A program made the translations under genes and the position numbers. From NCBI GenBank assembly GCA_963700115.1, contig OY969473.1, positions 2,499,446 to 2,563,445 on the forward strand: a stretch of 64,000 nt of DNA, in the 5' to 3' direction. Under the pieces are notes generated by a model. It was not told where the DNA came from and did no database searches. It worked only from the letters and a program-made list of their open reading frames with translations. The DNA comes from an uncultured Actinomycetota bacterium (lineage in GTDB: Bacteria; Actinomycetota; Actinomycetes; Mycobacteriales; Nakamurellaceae). Of the stretch, positions 39,837-50,114 are shown in pieces (within the stretch, counting starts at the first letter, position 1; the number at the start of each line of letters is the position of its first letter).

Positions 39837-41070
39837 CCGGCCGCCGACCCGTGGACGTCCAGCCCGGCGAGCAGGGCCGTGTCCTCGGCTGCAGACCCGT
39901 GGACGTCCAGCCCGGCGAGCAGGGCCGTGTCCTCGGTCGCCGACCGCGGGGCGACGAGTTCGGCGCCCTCGGCGATCTTGCTGCGCAGCTGCGCCTCGAC
40001 GTAGGCCATCGGCAGCGCAGCCAGCGCGCGGGCCACCTCGACCGCCGCCACCGAGCCGTTCACCGGGGCGAGCGCGGCGACGGCCGTCATCGACTTCGAC
40101 GCCCGTCGCGCGAAGGACCGGGCCAGCTCCGCGGTACGTTCGGCACCACCGGACGCCAGCACCAACGCCCGGGCGCGCGCCGCCCCGGCGCCGTCGAGCC
40201 CGGGTCGCAGCAACGGGGCGAGCTCGCCGCGCGGGCCGCCGACCAACGCGTAGACCGTGGGCATCGTCACGGTGCCGGCGACGAAGTCGGCACCGCAGGG
40301 CTTGCCGAGCAGCAACGGCTCGGATGCGACATCGAGGACGTCGTCGACCAGCTGCAACGCCACCCCGAAGTCCGACCCGAAGGTGCCGATGGCCCGGACC
40401 TGCGCCTCGGGAAGCCCCGCCCGGCGGGCGCCGATCCGGCAGGCGGCCCGGAGCAACGCCCCGGTTTTGAGTTGCGCGACCCGGAGCACGTCCAGCGGCC
40501 GGGCGGTGGGGTCGAAGGCCAGTGCGGCCTCCAGCTCCTCGCCGGTGCACATGTCGGCCAGCGCGTCGGCGAGGTCCTCGACGTCGGCGGCGTCGCACCG
40601 GGCCACGTAGCGCCAGCTCTGGGCGATCAGGGCGTCGCCGGCGATCACCGCGGTGGGCAGGCCCTCGGCGCGGTGCACGGCAGCCACCCCGCGTCGGGTG
40701 TCCGAGCCGTCGAGCAGGTCGTCGTGCAGCAGGGTCGCGCTGTGCAGCAGTTCCACCGCGGCGGCCGCACCCAGCGTCGCTGCACGGTGCCCCGGATCGT
40801 CGGCCAGTCCGCCGGGACCGTCACCGCCGGCCAGCGCGGCACACCGGAGCAGGAGCTCGGGCCGGAGCCGCTTGCCACCCGCCTCGACGATCCGCCTGCT
40901 GCCGCTGCGCCCCGGCTCGCTGAGCCGCTGGAGGGCGGCCTGCAGGAGCTCCTCGACGGCGTCGCCGCGATGTCGGGACGGTCATCGGGGATCGACCGGG
41001 AGCAGAGCGGTCCGGGGGTCCGCGATCGGAGCGAGGATGGGGACGGTCCTTCCGGTGGAACGGGTGGCAC
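39833..41070 (-). CDS. crtE: Polyprenyl (GGPP) diphosphate synthase, frameshifted near 40975; start uncertain
   Basis: GGKRLRP, ELLHSATLLHDDLLD..RRG, KTGAL, QLVDDVLD, GKPCGAD. Confidence 0.85.
39846..39936. repeat. Duplication with 48-bp period in the GGPPS C-terminus
   Basis: Encodes EDTALLAGLDVHGS twice. Confidence 0.9.
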
Positions 41071-41389
41071 GGGCGGCGTCCGGACGTCGGATGACCGGGT
41101 GGGAACACCATGATCCCATCGAACCCGGCATTTGTGGTCCCGGCACCGGTCCGGACGGTGCCGCGCCCGGTCGCCGCGGCGGCGCTCCGGCTCGGCCCCG
41201 CGTCAGCTGCCTCGACGGACCGACCGTCGTCGGGATGTTCTCCATTGCTCCTCCACCGCTGCGCCACCGGGCGCTGCCGTATCGCCCGGCAGGGCCGATC
41301 GGTCACCGGAGGTGACCGGGAGGAGGCCCGATCTGCCCGGGCATACTCGTCTGGTGGCCGGAACGGATGCACCCCGAGCGGACACTCGT

Positions 41390-42235
41390 GTGACCGGTTC
41401 GACGGTCGGTCGGGTCCGCGGGCTGTGGGGGGCCTGTCATCCGGCCCCCACCGTGGCGGTGACCGGGCTGACCACCGCCCTCGCGGTCGGCGCCGGGGCG
41501 GGTGCCGGCACCGTGGCACTGATCCTGCTCGCCGTGCTGGCCGGTCAGCTCTCGATCGGCTGGAGCAACGACTGGATCGACGCGGCCCGCGACCGCGAGG
41601 TCGCCCGGACGGACAAGCCGGTTGCGGCCGGTGCGATCCCGGTGTCGGTCGTGCGGGGAGCCGCACTCGCCGGGCTCGCCGCGGTGATCGTGCTCTCGGG
41701 CTTCCTCGGTCCACACGCCGCGGTGGTCCATCTGTTCGCCGTGGTCGGCAGCGGGTGGCTCTACAACGTCGGTCTCAAGCGGAGCTGGGCCTCCTGGATC
41801 CCCTACCTCGTCTGCTTCGGCATGCTGCCGGCAGTGGTCACGCTGTCGCTCGCCGATCCGGCGTGGCCGTCGGGCTGGGTGATGGCCGCGGGCGCCCTGC
41901 TCGGCTTCGGCGCGCACCTGGCGAACGTGCTGCCCGACCTCGACGACGACGAGTCCACCGGGGTGCGCGGCTTCCCGCACCGGCTCGGCCGCACCCGGAC
42001 CGCCGTGCTGGCGCCGGTGGCGCTGGCGGCCGCCACCGCCTGCGTGGTGTTCGGGCCGCCCGGTGCGCCCGGCGTCGTGGCCTGGATCGGCCTGATCGTG
42101 GCGGTCGGGCCGGCGGTGGCCGCGGCGGCGGTGGCGCTCACCCGGCCGGCCAGCCGCTGGCCGTTCCTGCTGACGCTGGCGGTCGCGGCGGTCGACGTGG
42201 TGCTGCTGGTGGCCTCCGGGTCGCGCCTGACCTGA
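41390..42235 (+). CDS. UbiA-family prenyltransferase
   Basis: CHPAPT, GWSNDWIDAARD..RTDKP, HLANVLPDLDDD..GVRG. Confidence 0.9.
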   Translation: MTGSTVGRVRGLWGACHPAPTVAVTGLTTALAVGAGAGAGTVALILLAVLAGQLSIGWSNDWIDAARDREVARTDKPVAAGAIPVSVVRGAALAGLAAVIVLSGFLGPHAAVVHLFAVVGSGWLYNVGLKRSWASWIPYLVCFGMLPAVVTLSLADPAWPSGWVMAAGALLGFGAHLANVLPDLDDDESTGVRGFPHRLGRTRTAVLAPVALAAATACVVFGPPGAPGVVAWIGLIVAVGPAVAAAAVALTRPASRWPFLLTLAVAAVDVVLLVASGSRLT

Positions 42236-42241
42236 GGACGG

Positions 42242-43261
42242 TCAGCCGCGCGCCAGCTGCCCGACGGCAGCCCGGAACACCGGCGGCAGGCCGGCCGCGA
42301 CGGGCACGATCGCCCGGGACAGCAGCGGGCGCTGCCGGGTCCACAGCAGGGCTCCGGTCAGCCAGCGGTACCGCCGGGACGCCCGCCGCCAGGCCCGCTC
42401 GTAGTCGGCCGGCCGGTCGGCGACCACGGCGTCCACCAGGGCTGCGGCGCAGCCCAGCGACACCGCGATGCCCTCGCCGGTGAGGGCGTCCACGTAGCCG
42501 GCCGCATCGCCGACCAGCAGCACCCGGCCGGCCACCCGTGCCCGCACCCGCTGCCGCAGCGGCCCGGCCCCGCGGGTGGTGGTGACGGCGTCGGCGGGCA
42601 GCCGATCGAGCAGCTCGGGGAACGCCCGCAGCGATTCCTCGAAGCCGGCCGACCGCCCGCCGAGCAGGGCCACCCCGACGAGGTCCGGCCCCACCGGCGT
42701 CACGTACGCCTCCGACGACGCCGCCCAGTGCACGTCCACGACGTCCGTCCACGGCGCGGTCGCGTAGTGCCGGCGCAGACCGTACCGCCGGGGTCGGTCG
42801 TCCGGCAGGTCGAGCCCGAGGGCCGCGCGGACCGGCGAGTGCAGGCCGTCGGCGGCAGCCAGGTAGCGCGCGACGAGGCCGCCGGCGCGGACCCGGTCCG
42901 CGTCCTGCTCGACGGCACCGACCCGACCCTCGTGAATGGTCACCCCCGCAGCGAGCACCGCTTCCCGCAACGCGTCGTGCAGCGCCGTCCGGCGCACGCC
43001 CCGCCCTGCTCCCGCCGGGAAGGGCGCCACCGCCTCGCGGCGACCGTCGGTGTAGCGGATCCCGCGGATCGGGTGGCCGGCCGGCCGGACCCCGAGCCCG
43101 GCCAGCGCCTCGAGGGCGCCGGGCATCAGGCCCTCGCCGCAGGCCTTGTCGATCGTCCCGGGACGGGGCTCGACCACCGCCACCGCAAGCCCGGCCCGCG
43201 CCGCGATCAACGCCGTCGACAGTCCTGCCGGGCCACCACCGGCCACCAGCAGGTCGATCAT
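42242..43261 (-). CDS. FAD-dependent oxidoreductase/hydroxylase (SrsC-like)
   Basis: GGGPAG, DKACGEGLMP, AADGLHS, GDAAGYVDALTGEG. Confidence 0.88.
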   Translation of the reverse strand: MIDLLVAGGGPAGLSTALIAARAGLAVAVVEPRPGTIDKACGEGLMPGALEALAGLGVRPAGHPIRGIRYTDGRREAVAPFPAGAGRGVRRTALHDALREAVLAAGVTIHEGRVGAVEQDADRVRAGGLVARYLAAADGLHSPVRAALGLDLPDDRPRRYGLRRHYATAPWTDVVDVHWAASSEAYVTPVGPDLVGVALLGGRSAGFEESLRAFPELLDRLPADAVTTTRGAGPLRQRVRARVAGRVLLVGDAAGYVDALTGEGIAVSLGCAAALVDAVVADRPADYERAWRRASRRYRWLTGALLWTRQRPLLSRAIVPVAAGLPPVFRAAVGQLARG

Positions 43262-43795
43262 CGGGTCGACGGCGGCGCGGGGAGCATCTCGAGCGCCCGG
43301 TTCTCGGCGCGGATACGCACCGTCAGCAGCGCGGCGTTCAGCGCGGTGAACACCACCGCGGTGATCCAGGCGGCGCCGACCAGCGGCAACGCGACGCCTT
43401 CCAGTACCACTGCCACGTAGTTCGGGTGCCGCAGGAAGCGGTACGGACCGCCGCCGACCAGCGGCAACCCCGGCACGATGATGATCCGGGTGTTCCAGCG
43501 CTTCCCGAGGGTGCCGATGCACCACCAGCGCAGCCCCTGGGCGGCGATGACGACGCCGAGCATCGACCAGCCCAGCCACGGCACGAACGGCCGATCGGCC
43601 ACCCACACCTCGGCGAGCGCGCCGACGAGCAGGCCGGTGTGCAGCACCACCATCGGCGGGAAGTGCCCGCGGCCGTACTCGCGTCCGCCCTGCGCCATGC
43701 TCCAGGCCGCGTTGCGCTTCGACAGCGACCAACTCGGCGATCCGCTCGACCCCGACCAGCCCGATCAGCACGGTGAACCACCCGGCGGCAGTCAT
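43258..43795 (-). CDS. ICMT-family methyltransferase (SrsB/BpsB-like), frameshifted near 43725
   Basis: ERIAEL, GGREYG..HF, LRWWCI.TLG.RWNTR, GPYRFLRHPNY, RIRAE. Confidence 0.88.
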
Positions 43796-43829
43796 GCCAC
43801 GTCACCCCGCCCACGGTGACCTGCGCCGG

Positions 43830-44901
43830 TCACCATTCCAGCAGCACCAGCTCGGCGCAGAAACCGGGTCCCATCGCCATCAGCACGGCCGGCTCCCGCC
43901 CGCCCGGTGGGTGCGCCGCGATGGTCTCCGACAGCACGTGCAGCACCGAGGCAGACGACAGGTTGCCGATCTCGGCCAGCGACCGCCAGCTCAGGGCGAG
44001 CGCGTCGTCGGCCAGTCCGAGGGTCGATTCGACGGCCCGCATGACCTTGGGGCCGCCGGGATGGGCGACCCAGGTGTGCGACGTCAGCGATCCCGAGCCC
44101 GTGGCGGCCCAGGAAGCCGCGGACGTCGTCACCGAGGTACTGCTCGACGAGGGCCGGCACCTCGGACCCGAGGACGATCTTGAACCCGTCCGCGCTGATG
44201 TCCCAGCCCATCGCCCGTTCGGTGTCGGGGTAGAGATGGCTCACCGAGTCGACGACCCGGGGGGCGACCCACCTGACGCCGGGCGGTGGCCGACGGTCCC
44301 GGCCGACCGCGACCACGGCCGCCGCGCCGTCGCCGAACAGCCCGCTGGCCACCAGATTCGCCGTCGACGCGTCGCGGCGCTGCAGGGTCAGCGAACACAG
44401 TTCGACCGCCATCAGAACGGCCACCTGGTCCGGGTGACCGTCGAGATAGTCGTGCAGCCGGGCGATCCCGGCCGCACCGGCCAGACAGCCCAGGCCGAGC
44501 ATCGGGATCCGCTTGACGTCGGGACGCATCCCGAGTTCCGACGCCACCCGCGCCTCCAGCGACGGCACCGCGACGCCCGTCACCGTGGTCGAGACGATCA
44601 GGTCGACGTCGGACGGGTCCAGGCCGGCCGCCTTGAGCGCCCCCTCGACGGCCTGCGCCCCCAGTTCGACCCCGACCCGGATGAAGGCGTCGTTGGACGC
44701 CCCGAAGTCGTCCAGGCGGCGGTAGGCGTCCAGTTCGAGAGCGAGATGACGACGCCCGACCTGCGCGCTGGTGTGCAGGCGGCGTAACAGCTCCCGCCGG
44801 CCGTCCGGCGGCAGGCAGACCTCGGCGAACAGCTCGGTGATCTCGTCCTGCGGGTAGCTGTTGAGCGGCAGAACCGGGTTGACCGCCACGATCCTCGTCA
44901 T
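43830..44901 (-). CDS. Type III polyketide synthase (SrsA/Pks10-like), frameshifted near 44075
   Basis: Triad LGCLAG (Cys), AHPGG (His), GNLSSAS (Asn); LFGDGAAA, MGPGF. Confidence 0.92.
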
Positions 44902-45225
44902 GCGACCAATGTACGGAGGTGCCCGACACTCCTCCGGGGTGAGGTCACCTCGCAGGGGGCCTCCGGGTGCCGCTGCCGACGGTCACGCGAGGCACCGGCC
45001 GGTGCCCCGATGGCTTGACCCGAGGCGTCGGCCGGCGACACGGTCGCGTGCGGCTGTCACCGAGAGCGACGGACTTCCGTAACCTGCAGCCGGCGTCGCC
45101 CGGACGGCAGAGCGGCCCACAACGCTCGGCAACCATTGTCACGCTCTGTCTATCATTTCCCCCCCGTAGCGGTGGCTTTGGGAACTCAGCGTCATATTCC
45201 TGCCTTTTCGCTATACATTTGTCTG

Positions 45226-45987
45226 GTGTTCCTCCCCTCGCTCCCACCGACCGCCGTCACTGCGGCGACCGACGTTCTCGGGCGTCCGCGGGGACCCGTG
45301 GTGGGTGCCTATTCCGATCCGGCGAGCGGTCATCATTTCGTGATCGCCGAGCCCGCGGCCCAGCCGGCCCTGTGGGACGCCTACCTCGACGGTGCCCTCC
45401 ACAGTTATCGGCTGCACGGGGTCGAGTCCGCCATCGAGTACGGCGTCATCCGCGACGGCCGGTCGACGGCACTGTTCGTCGTCGCCCTCGACGACGACCT
45501 CCGGGTGGTCGGTGGCCTGCGGGTCCGTGGCCGGCTGACCCGTCCCGACCAGGCCCATGCGTTGCGGGAGTGGGACGGCCGCGCCGGGACCGAGGAGATC
45601 ACCGATCAGCTGACCCAGCGGCTCCCGTCGGGGGTCATCGAGGTCAAGGCGGTGTGGGTCCGCCACGACGTCGTCCACCGCACGGCACTGACCGCAGCCC
45701 TCGCCCGCGCCTTCGTCCACGCGATGGACGTGCTGCAGGTCCGGTACGCGCTCTGCACCGCCGCGGCCCATGCGGTCACGCGATGGCAGACCAGTGGCGG
45801 TGTGGTCGCCTCCGACGTCCCGCCGGTCGCCTACCCCGACGAGCGCTACCGGACGATGCTGCTCTGGTGGGACCGCACCCGCATCGCCGAACTCCTCACC
45901 GCGGACCAGCTGAACGCTCTGCACAGGGAATCCCACACGCTCTTCGGCCGGGCCGCCACGGTCACGACGCTGCCGTCGGTGGCGTGA
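45226..45987 (+). CDS. Putative N-acyltransferase / N-acyl amino acid synthase (Rv1356c/FeeM-like)
   Basis: W..YL.GA..SY..HGV, VGGLRV, IEVKAVWV, VAYPDERYRT, and operon context. GTG 45226 lies 6 nt after TACATT. Confidence 0.65.
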   Translation: MFLPSLPPTAVTAATDVLGRPRGPVVGAYSDPASGHHFVIAEPAAQPALWDAYLDGALHSYRLHGVESAIEYGVIRDGRSTALFVVALDDDLRVVGGLRVRGRLTRPDQAHALREWDGRAGTEEITDQLTQRLPSGVIEVKAVWVRHDVVHRTALTAALARAFVHAMDVLQVRYALCTAAAHAVTRWQTSGGVVASDVPPVAYPDERYRTMLLWWDRTRIAELLTADQLNALHRESHTLFGRAATVTTLPSVA

Positions 45988-48228
45988 TGGGCCGCCTCGC
46001 CGCACTCACCGGCAGACGCCCACGGTCGGTGGCCGCCGATGCCGGCACCTACCGCGCCGTCGTCCTGCACGAGACGCAGCCGGCGGACGCCGCCACCCTG
46101 CGGCGCCTACGCCGCCGCTCCGGCGTCACCGTGCTCGACGGCCGCGACGCCCTCCGGGCCGAGTTGCGTGCGGTACGACCGGCGCTCCGCGACGCCGACC
46201 GGGCCGCCGGTACCGCGTGGGCGTGGTTCCCGTGGCGGCGCACGCTCGTCGCGGTGCCACCGGCGTTCGCCTTCCGTCAACTCCGACTGGACCGCAACCG
46301 CAACAAGATCACCCAGGCCGAGCAGGACCGCTTCGGCCGGCTGCGCATCGGAGTCGTCGGCCTCAGCGTCGGGCACGCCATCGCCCACACCCTGGCCCAG
46401 GAGGGCCTGTGTGGCAGCCTGCGCCTCGCCGATCCGGACACCATCGAGCTGTCGAACCTGAATCGCATCCCGGCCTCGGTGTGCGACATCGGCGTCAACA
46501 AGGCCGTTGTCGTCGCCCGCCGGGTCGCCGAACTCGATCCCTACCTCGCCGTCGAGGTGTTTCCCCTGCGGAATCACCGAAGAATGCATCGACGAATTCT
46601 TCGAAGGGCTCGATCTCGTCATCGAGGAGTGCGATTCCCTGGACATGAAGGTGCGTATCCGGGAAGAAGCCCGTCGCCGGGGTGTGCCGGTATTCATGGA
46701 AACGTCCGACCGCGGGCTCTTCGACGTCGAGCGGTTCGATCTGGAACCCGACCGGGCGCTGTTCCACGGCCTGCTCGGTGACGTGTCGCCGGCTACTCTG
46801 CGTGGCCTGTCCACCCAGGACAAGGCCCCGCACGTCATGCGAATCCTGCAGACCGGTGACCTGTCCGCCCGGATGGCCGCCTCGATGGTCGAGATCGACC
46901 GCACCGTCTCCACCTGGCCGCAGCTGGCCGGCGACGTACAGCTCGGCGGGGCCACCGTGGCCGCGGCCGTGCGCCGCTTCGGCCGCGGGGAGCACCTCCC
47001 CTCCGGCCGCGTGCGGGTGGACCTGGAGAGCGCCCTGGACGGGCTCGGCCGGGACGACCGCAACTCGGGCGCCGGGTCGGTGGCCGCGGCCGCGCCGGTC
47101 GTGGACCTGACCACCGAGCAGCCGACCGGTCCGCACGACGCGGTGGTGCACGCGGTGCGTCTCGCACCGTCCGGCGGCAACATCCAGCCGTGGACCCTCC
47201 GACCCGGTCAGGACGGTGGCGTCGACATCCACGTCGTGCCGGAGCGCAGCTCGGCGATGGACGTCCGGTCCAGAGGCAGCTATGTCGCCATCGGTGCGGC
47301 GGCGTTCAACGCGACCGTGGCCGCGGCCCGGTTCGGGTGCAAGGCGACCGTGACCCCGTTCCCGTCCGGCACCGCCGACGGACCCGTGGTGAGCGTCTCC
47401 CTCAGCCCCGGCTCCGATCCCGAACTGGCCGAGCTGTACCCGGCAATGGTCCGGCGGATCACCAACCGGCACTTCGGCCGGGTCCGGCCGTTGGACCCTG
47501 CGTTGGCCGACACTCTGCGCACGCAGGCCGCCGCCGTCGGGGCCACCGTGCACCTGGTCACCGACCGGGACCGGTTGGCGCGGATCGCCGATGTGCTCGC
47601 CGCCTCCGACCGGGTGCGGTTCCTCACCCCGGAACTGCACCGCCAGATGACGGGCGAGATGCGGTGGCCGGCCGGCCACCGGGCCGCTGACGGCATCGAG
47701 GTGGGCGCGCTCGGTCTGGACGCCGCCGACCTCGCGAAGCTCGAGGTGGCCGCCCGCGCCGACGTGATGGCCCAGCTGGCCGCCTGGGGTGACGGGGTGG
47801 GCGCCGCTCTCGGTGACAACACCCGCGACCGGGTCAACGCGAGCTCCGCCGTCGCCGTGGTCACGGTCGACGACGACGGCCCGGCGGACTACGTCCGCGG
47901 TGGAATGGCGATGGAGCACCTGTGGATCAGGGCCGAGGAGCACGGCCTCGCCGTGCACCCGGTGTCACCGGTCTTCCTCTACGCACGGGACGACGCCGAC
48001 CGCCGGTCGCTGTCGCTGCCGTTCGCCTCCGCGCTGGCCGGCCTCCAGCAGCAGTTCGGCACCGCTGTCGGTCTCGGGTCGTCCGAGGTCCCGATCCTGG
48101 TGCTGCGGCTCAGTCACGACGCACCCGCACCCGCGGTGCGCAGCCAGCGACTCGACCGCTCCGCGGTGTCCGCGGAACCACCTGCACAGTTCTTGGCCGA
48201 TGAAGTGACGAACGGGCGGAAGTCATGA
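45987..48228 (+). CDS. Rv1355c/MoeY-family ThiF-nitroreductase fusion, frameshifted near 46565
   Basis: DRNRNKIT, GVVGLSVG, LADPD.IELSNLNR, NKA, EECD; nitroreductase APSGGNIQPW, RITNR, GG.AME.LW. Confidence 0.88.
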
Positions 48229-50114
48229 CCGTGAAACTCAACCTCGATGATCTGGTGACGTCGGTGGCGACGGAACTCATGGGTGTGACCGCCGCGAGCC
48301 TGCACTCGGCGTCGGAGCAGCTCCTGCACCAGCTGGTCGACTACTTCGAGGTCGACCTCAGCTTCCTGCGGCGCAACGACCACGATCTCGGGGCGACCAT
48401 CCTGGTCGCCGAGTGGCCGCCGCGGCCGGAGATCCCGGTGCCGGACCCGCTGGGTGTCATCTTCTTCGCCACCGCGGATCCGACGTTCGCCTCGCTCGAG
48501 ACGCTGGATTCGGTCCTCGTCGTCCGGCCGACCGGCGACACCGAGTACCAGGACCGGGTCCGGCAGGCGTCCGGCATCCCCAGCGTGTCGCTGGCCACCG
48601 TCCCGCTGATGACGCACAACATCACCTCCGGCACTCTGGGCTTCATCAAGTACGGCGACCGGGCGTGGGCGCCGGAGGAGATCAACGCGCTGCGCGCCGT
48701 GGCGGCACTGCTCGCCCAGCTGCAGGCGCGGGTGGCCGCCGAGGAGCGGCTGCGCTACCTGGCCTACCACGACGAGCTGACCGGTCTGGCGACCCGCCGG
48801 GCCCTGACCGACCATCTCGCCGAGCGGCTGGCCGCCGGCGCGCCGGGCCCCGTCCCGGTCATCTTCATCGACGTGGACCGCCTCAAGGCGCTGAACAGCT
48901 TCCTCGGGCACGCCGCCGGCGACCAGTTCCTGTCCACGCTGGCCCACCGGCTGACGAACGCCTCGCCCCGCAACCACATGATCGCGCGTCTCGGCGGCGA
49001 TGAGTTCGTCGCCGTCATGGACGCTCCGGCCGACGAGGAGGAGGCCACCGCGTACGCCGACGTCCTCCGCCGGGTCGCGAACGAGCCGGTGCAGGTGGGC
49101 GGCGAGGAGATCAGTCGCGCCGTCAGCCTGGGTCTGGCCCTCGGGGAGCCGGGCGTGTCCACCGTGTCCGAGCTGATGAACCGGGCCGACCAGGCGATGT
49201 TGCAGGCGAAGTCCCGGGGTGGCAACGAGATCGCGGTGTTCACCGGCGAGATGCGCCGGCAGAACGAGATCCGCACCGACATCGAGCTGCACCTGGTCAC
49301 GGCCATCCGCAGCGGCTCGCTGACCCTGCACTACCAGCCCGAGGTCGACATGATGACCGGCGACGTCACCGGAATGGAGGCGCTGGTCCGGTGGCCGCAC
49401 CCGAATCTGGGTCTGCTGCCGCCGGGTGCGTTCATCGACGTCATCGAGACCACCAACCTGGCCGGCGAACTCGGCCGCTGGGTGCTGGAGACCGGCTGCC
49501 GGCAGCTGCGCGACTGGCACCGCAGGTTCCCCAGCAGCAAGCCCCTGGGCCTGAGCATCAACGTCACCCCCGCCGAGCTCATCACCCGTGACTTCGCGTC
49601 CACGGTCCAGCAGATCCTCGCCGACGCCGACCTGGAGGGCCAGTACCTGACCCTGGAGATCACCGAGAAGGCGATCGTGCGCGACACCGAGCAGGCGCTC
49701 GCGACCCTGCGCGGGCTCAAGGAGATCGGCGTCAAGGTCGCCATCGACGACTTCGGCACCGGCTACAGCTCTCTCGCCCAGCTCAAGTCGCTGCCGGTGG
49801 ACGGGCTCAAGATCGACCGCGGCTTCGTCCGCGACCTCGGGCTGGACGCCGACGACCTGGCCATCGTGCGGTCGATCATCGGCCTGGCCGGCTCGTTCGG
49901 CCTGGACATCGTCGCCGAGGGCGTCGAGACCGAACTGGCCGCCGCCACTCTGGTGGCGCTGGGGTGCCGCCGGGCGCAGGGTTTCCTCTACGCCAAGCCC
50001 TGCAGCGCCGACGAGCTCGAGCACATCCTGGAGATGAAGCGTTTCGAGATCCGCCGGGAACCGCTGTCGCGCCTGACCGATTCCGGTCAGCGGTCGGCGA
50101 CGTCGAGCCGGTAA
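48225..50114 (+). CDS. GAF-GGDEF-EAL diguanylate cyclase/phosphodiesterase (Rv1354c-like)
   Basis: GAF-like N-terminus; GH..GD, RLGGDEF, EAL, DDFGTGYSS, KIDR, AEGVET; ATGA overlap. Confidence 0.95.
   Translation: MTVKLNLDDLVTSVATELMGVTAASLHSASEQLLHQLVDYFEVDLSFLRRNDHDLGATILVAEWPPRPEIPVPDPLGVIFFATADPTFASLETLDSVLVVRPTGDTEYQDRVRQASGIPSVSLATVPLMTHNITSGTLGFIKYGDRAWAPEEINALRAVAALLAQLQARVAAEERLRYLAYHDELTGLATRRALTDHLAERLAAGAPGPVPVIFIDVDRLKALNSFLGHAAGDQFLSTLAHRLTNASPRNHMIARLGGDEFVAVMDAPADEEEATAYADVLRRVANEPVQVGGEEISRAVSLGLALGEPGVSTVSELMNRADQAMLQAKSRGGNEIAVFTGEMRRQNEIRTDIELHLVTAIRSGSLTLHYQPEVDMMTGDVTGMEALVRWPHPNLGLLPPGAFIDVIETTNLAGELGRWVLETGCRQLRDWHRRFPSSKPLGLSINVTPAELITRDFASTVQQILADADLEGQYLTLEITEKAIVRDTEQALATLRGLKEIGVKVAIDDFGTGYSSLAQLKSLPVDGLKIDRGFVRDLGLDADDLAIVRSIIGLAGSFGLDIVAEGVETELAAATLVALGCRRAQGFLYAKPCSADELEHILEMKRFEIRREPLSRLTDSGQRSATSSR

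Noticed and set aside
37014-40598. 1194-aa ORF as a giant fusion protein
   Set aside because: A mosaic of true frames (acyltransferase, P450) and off-frame Arg/Pro-rich text, caused by high GC and frameshifts.
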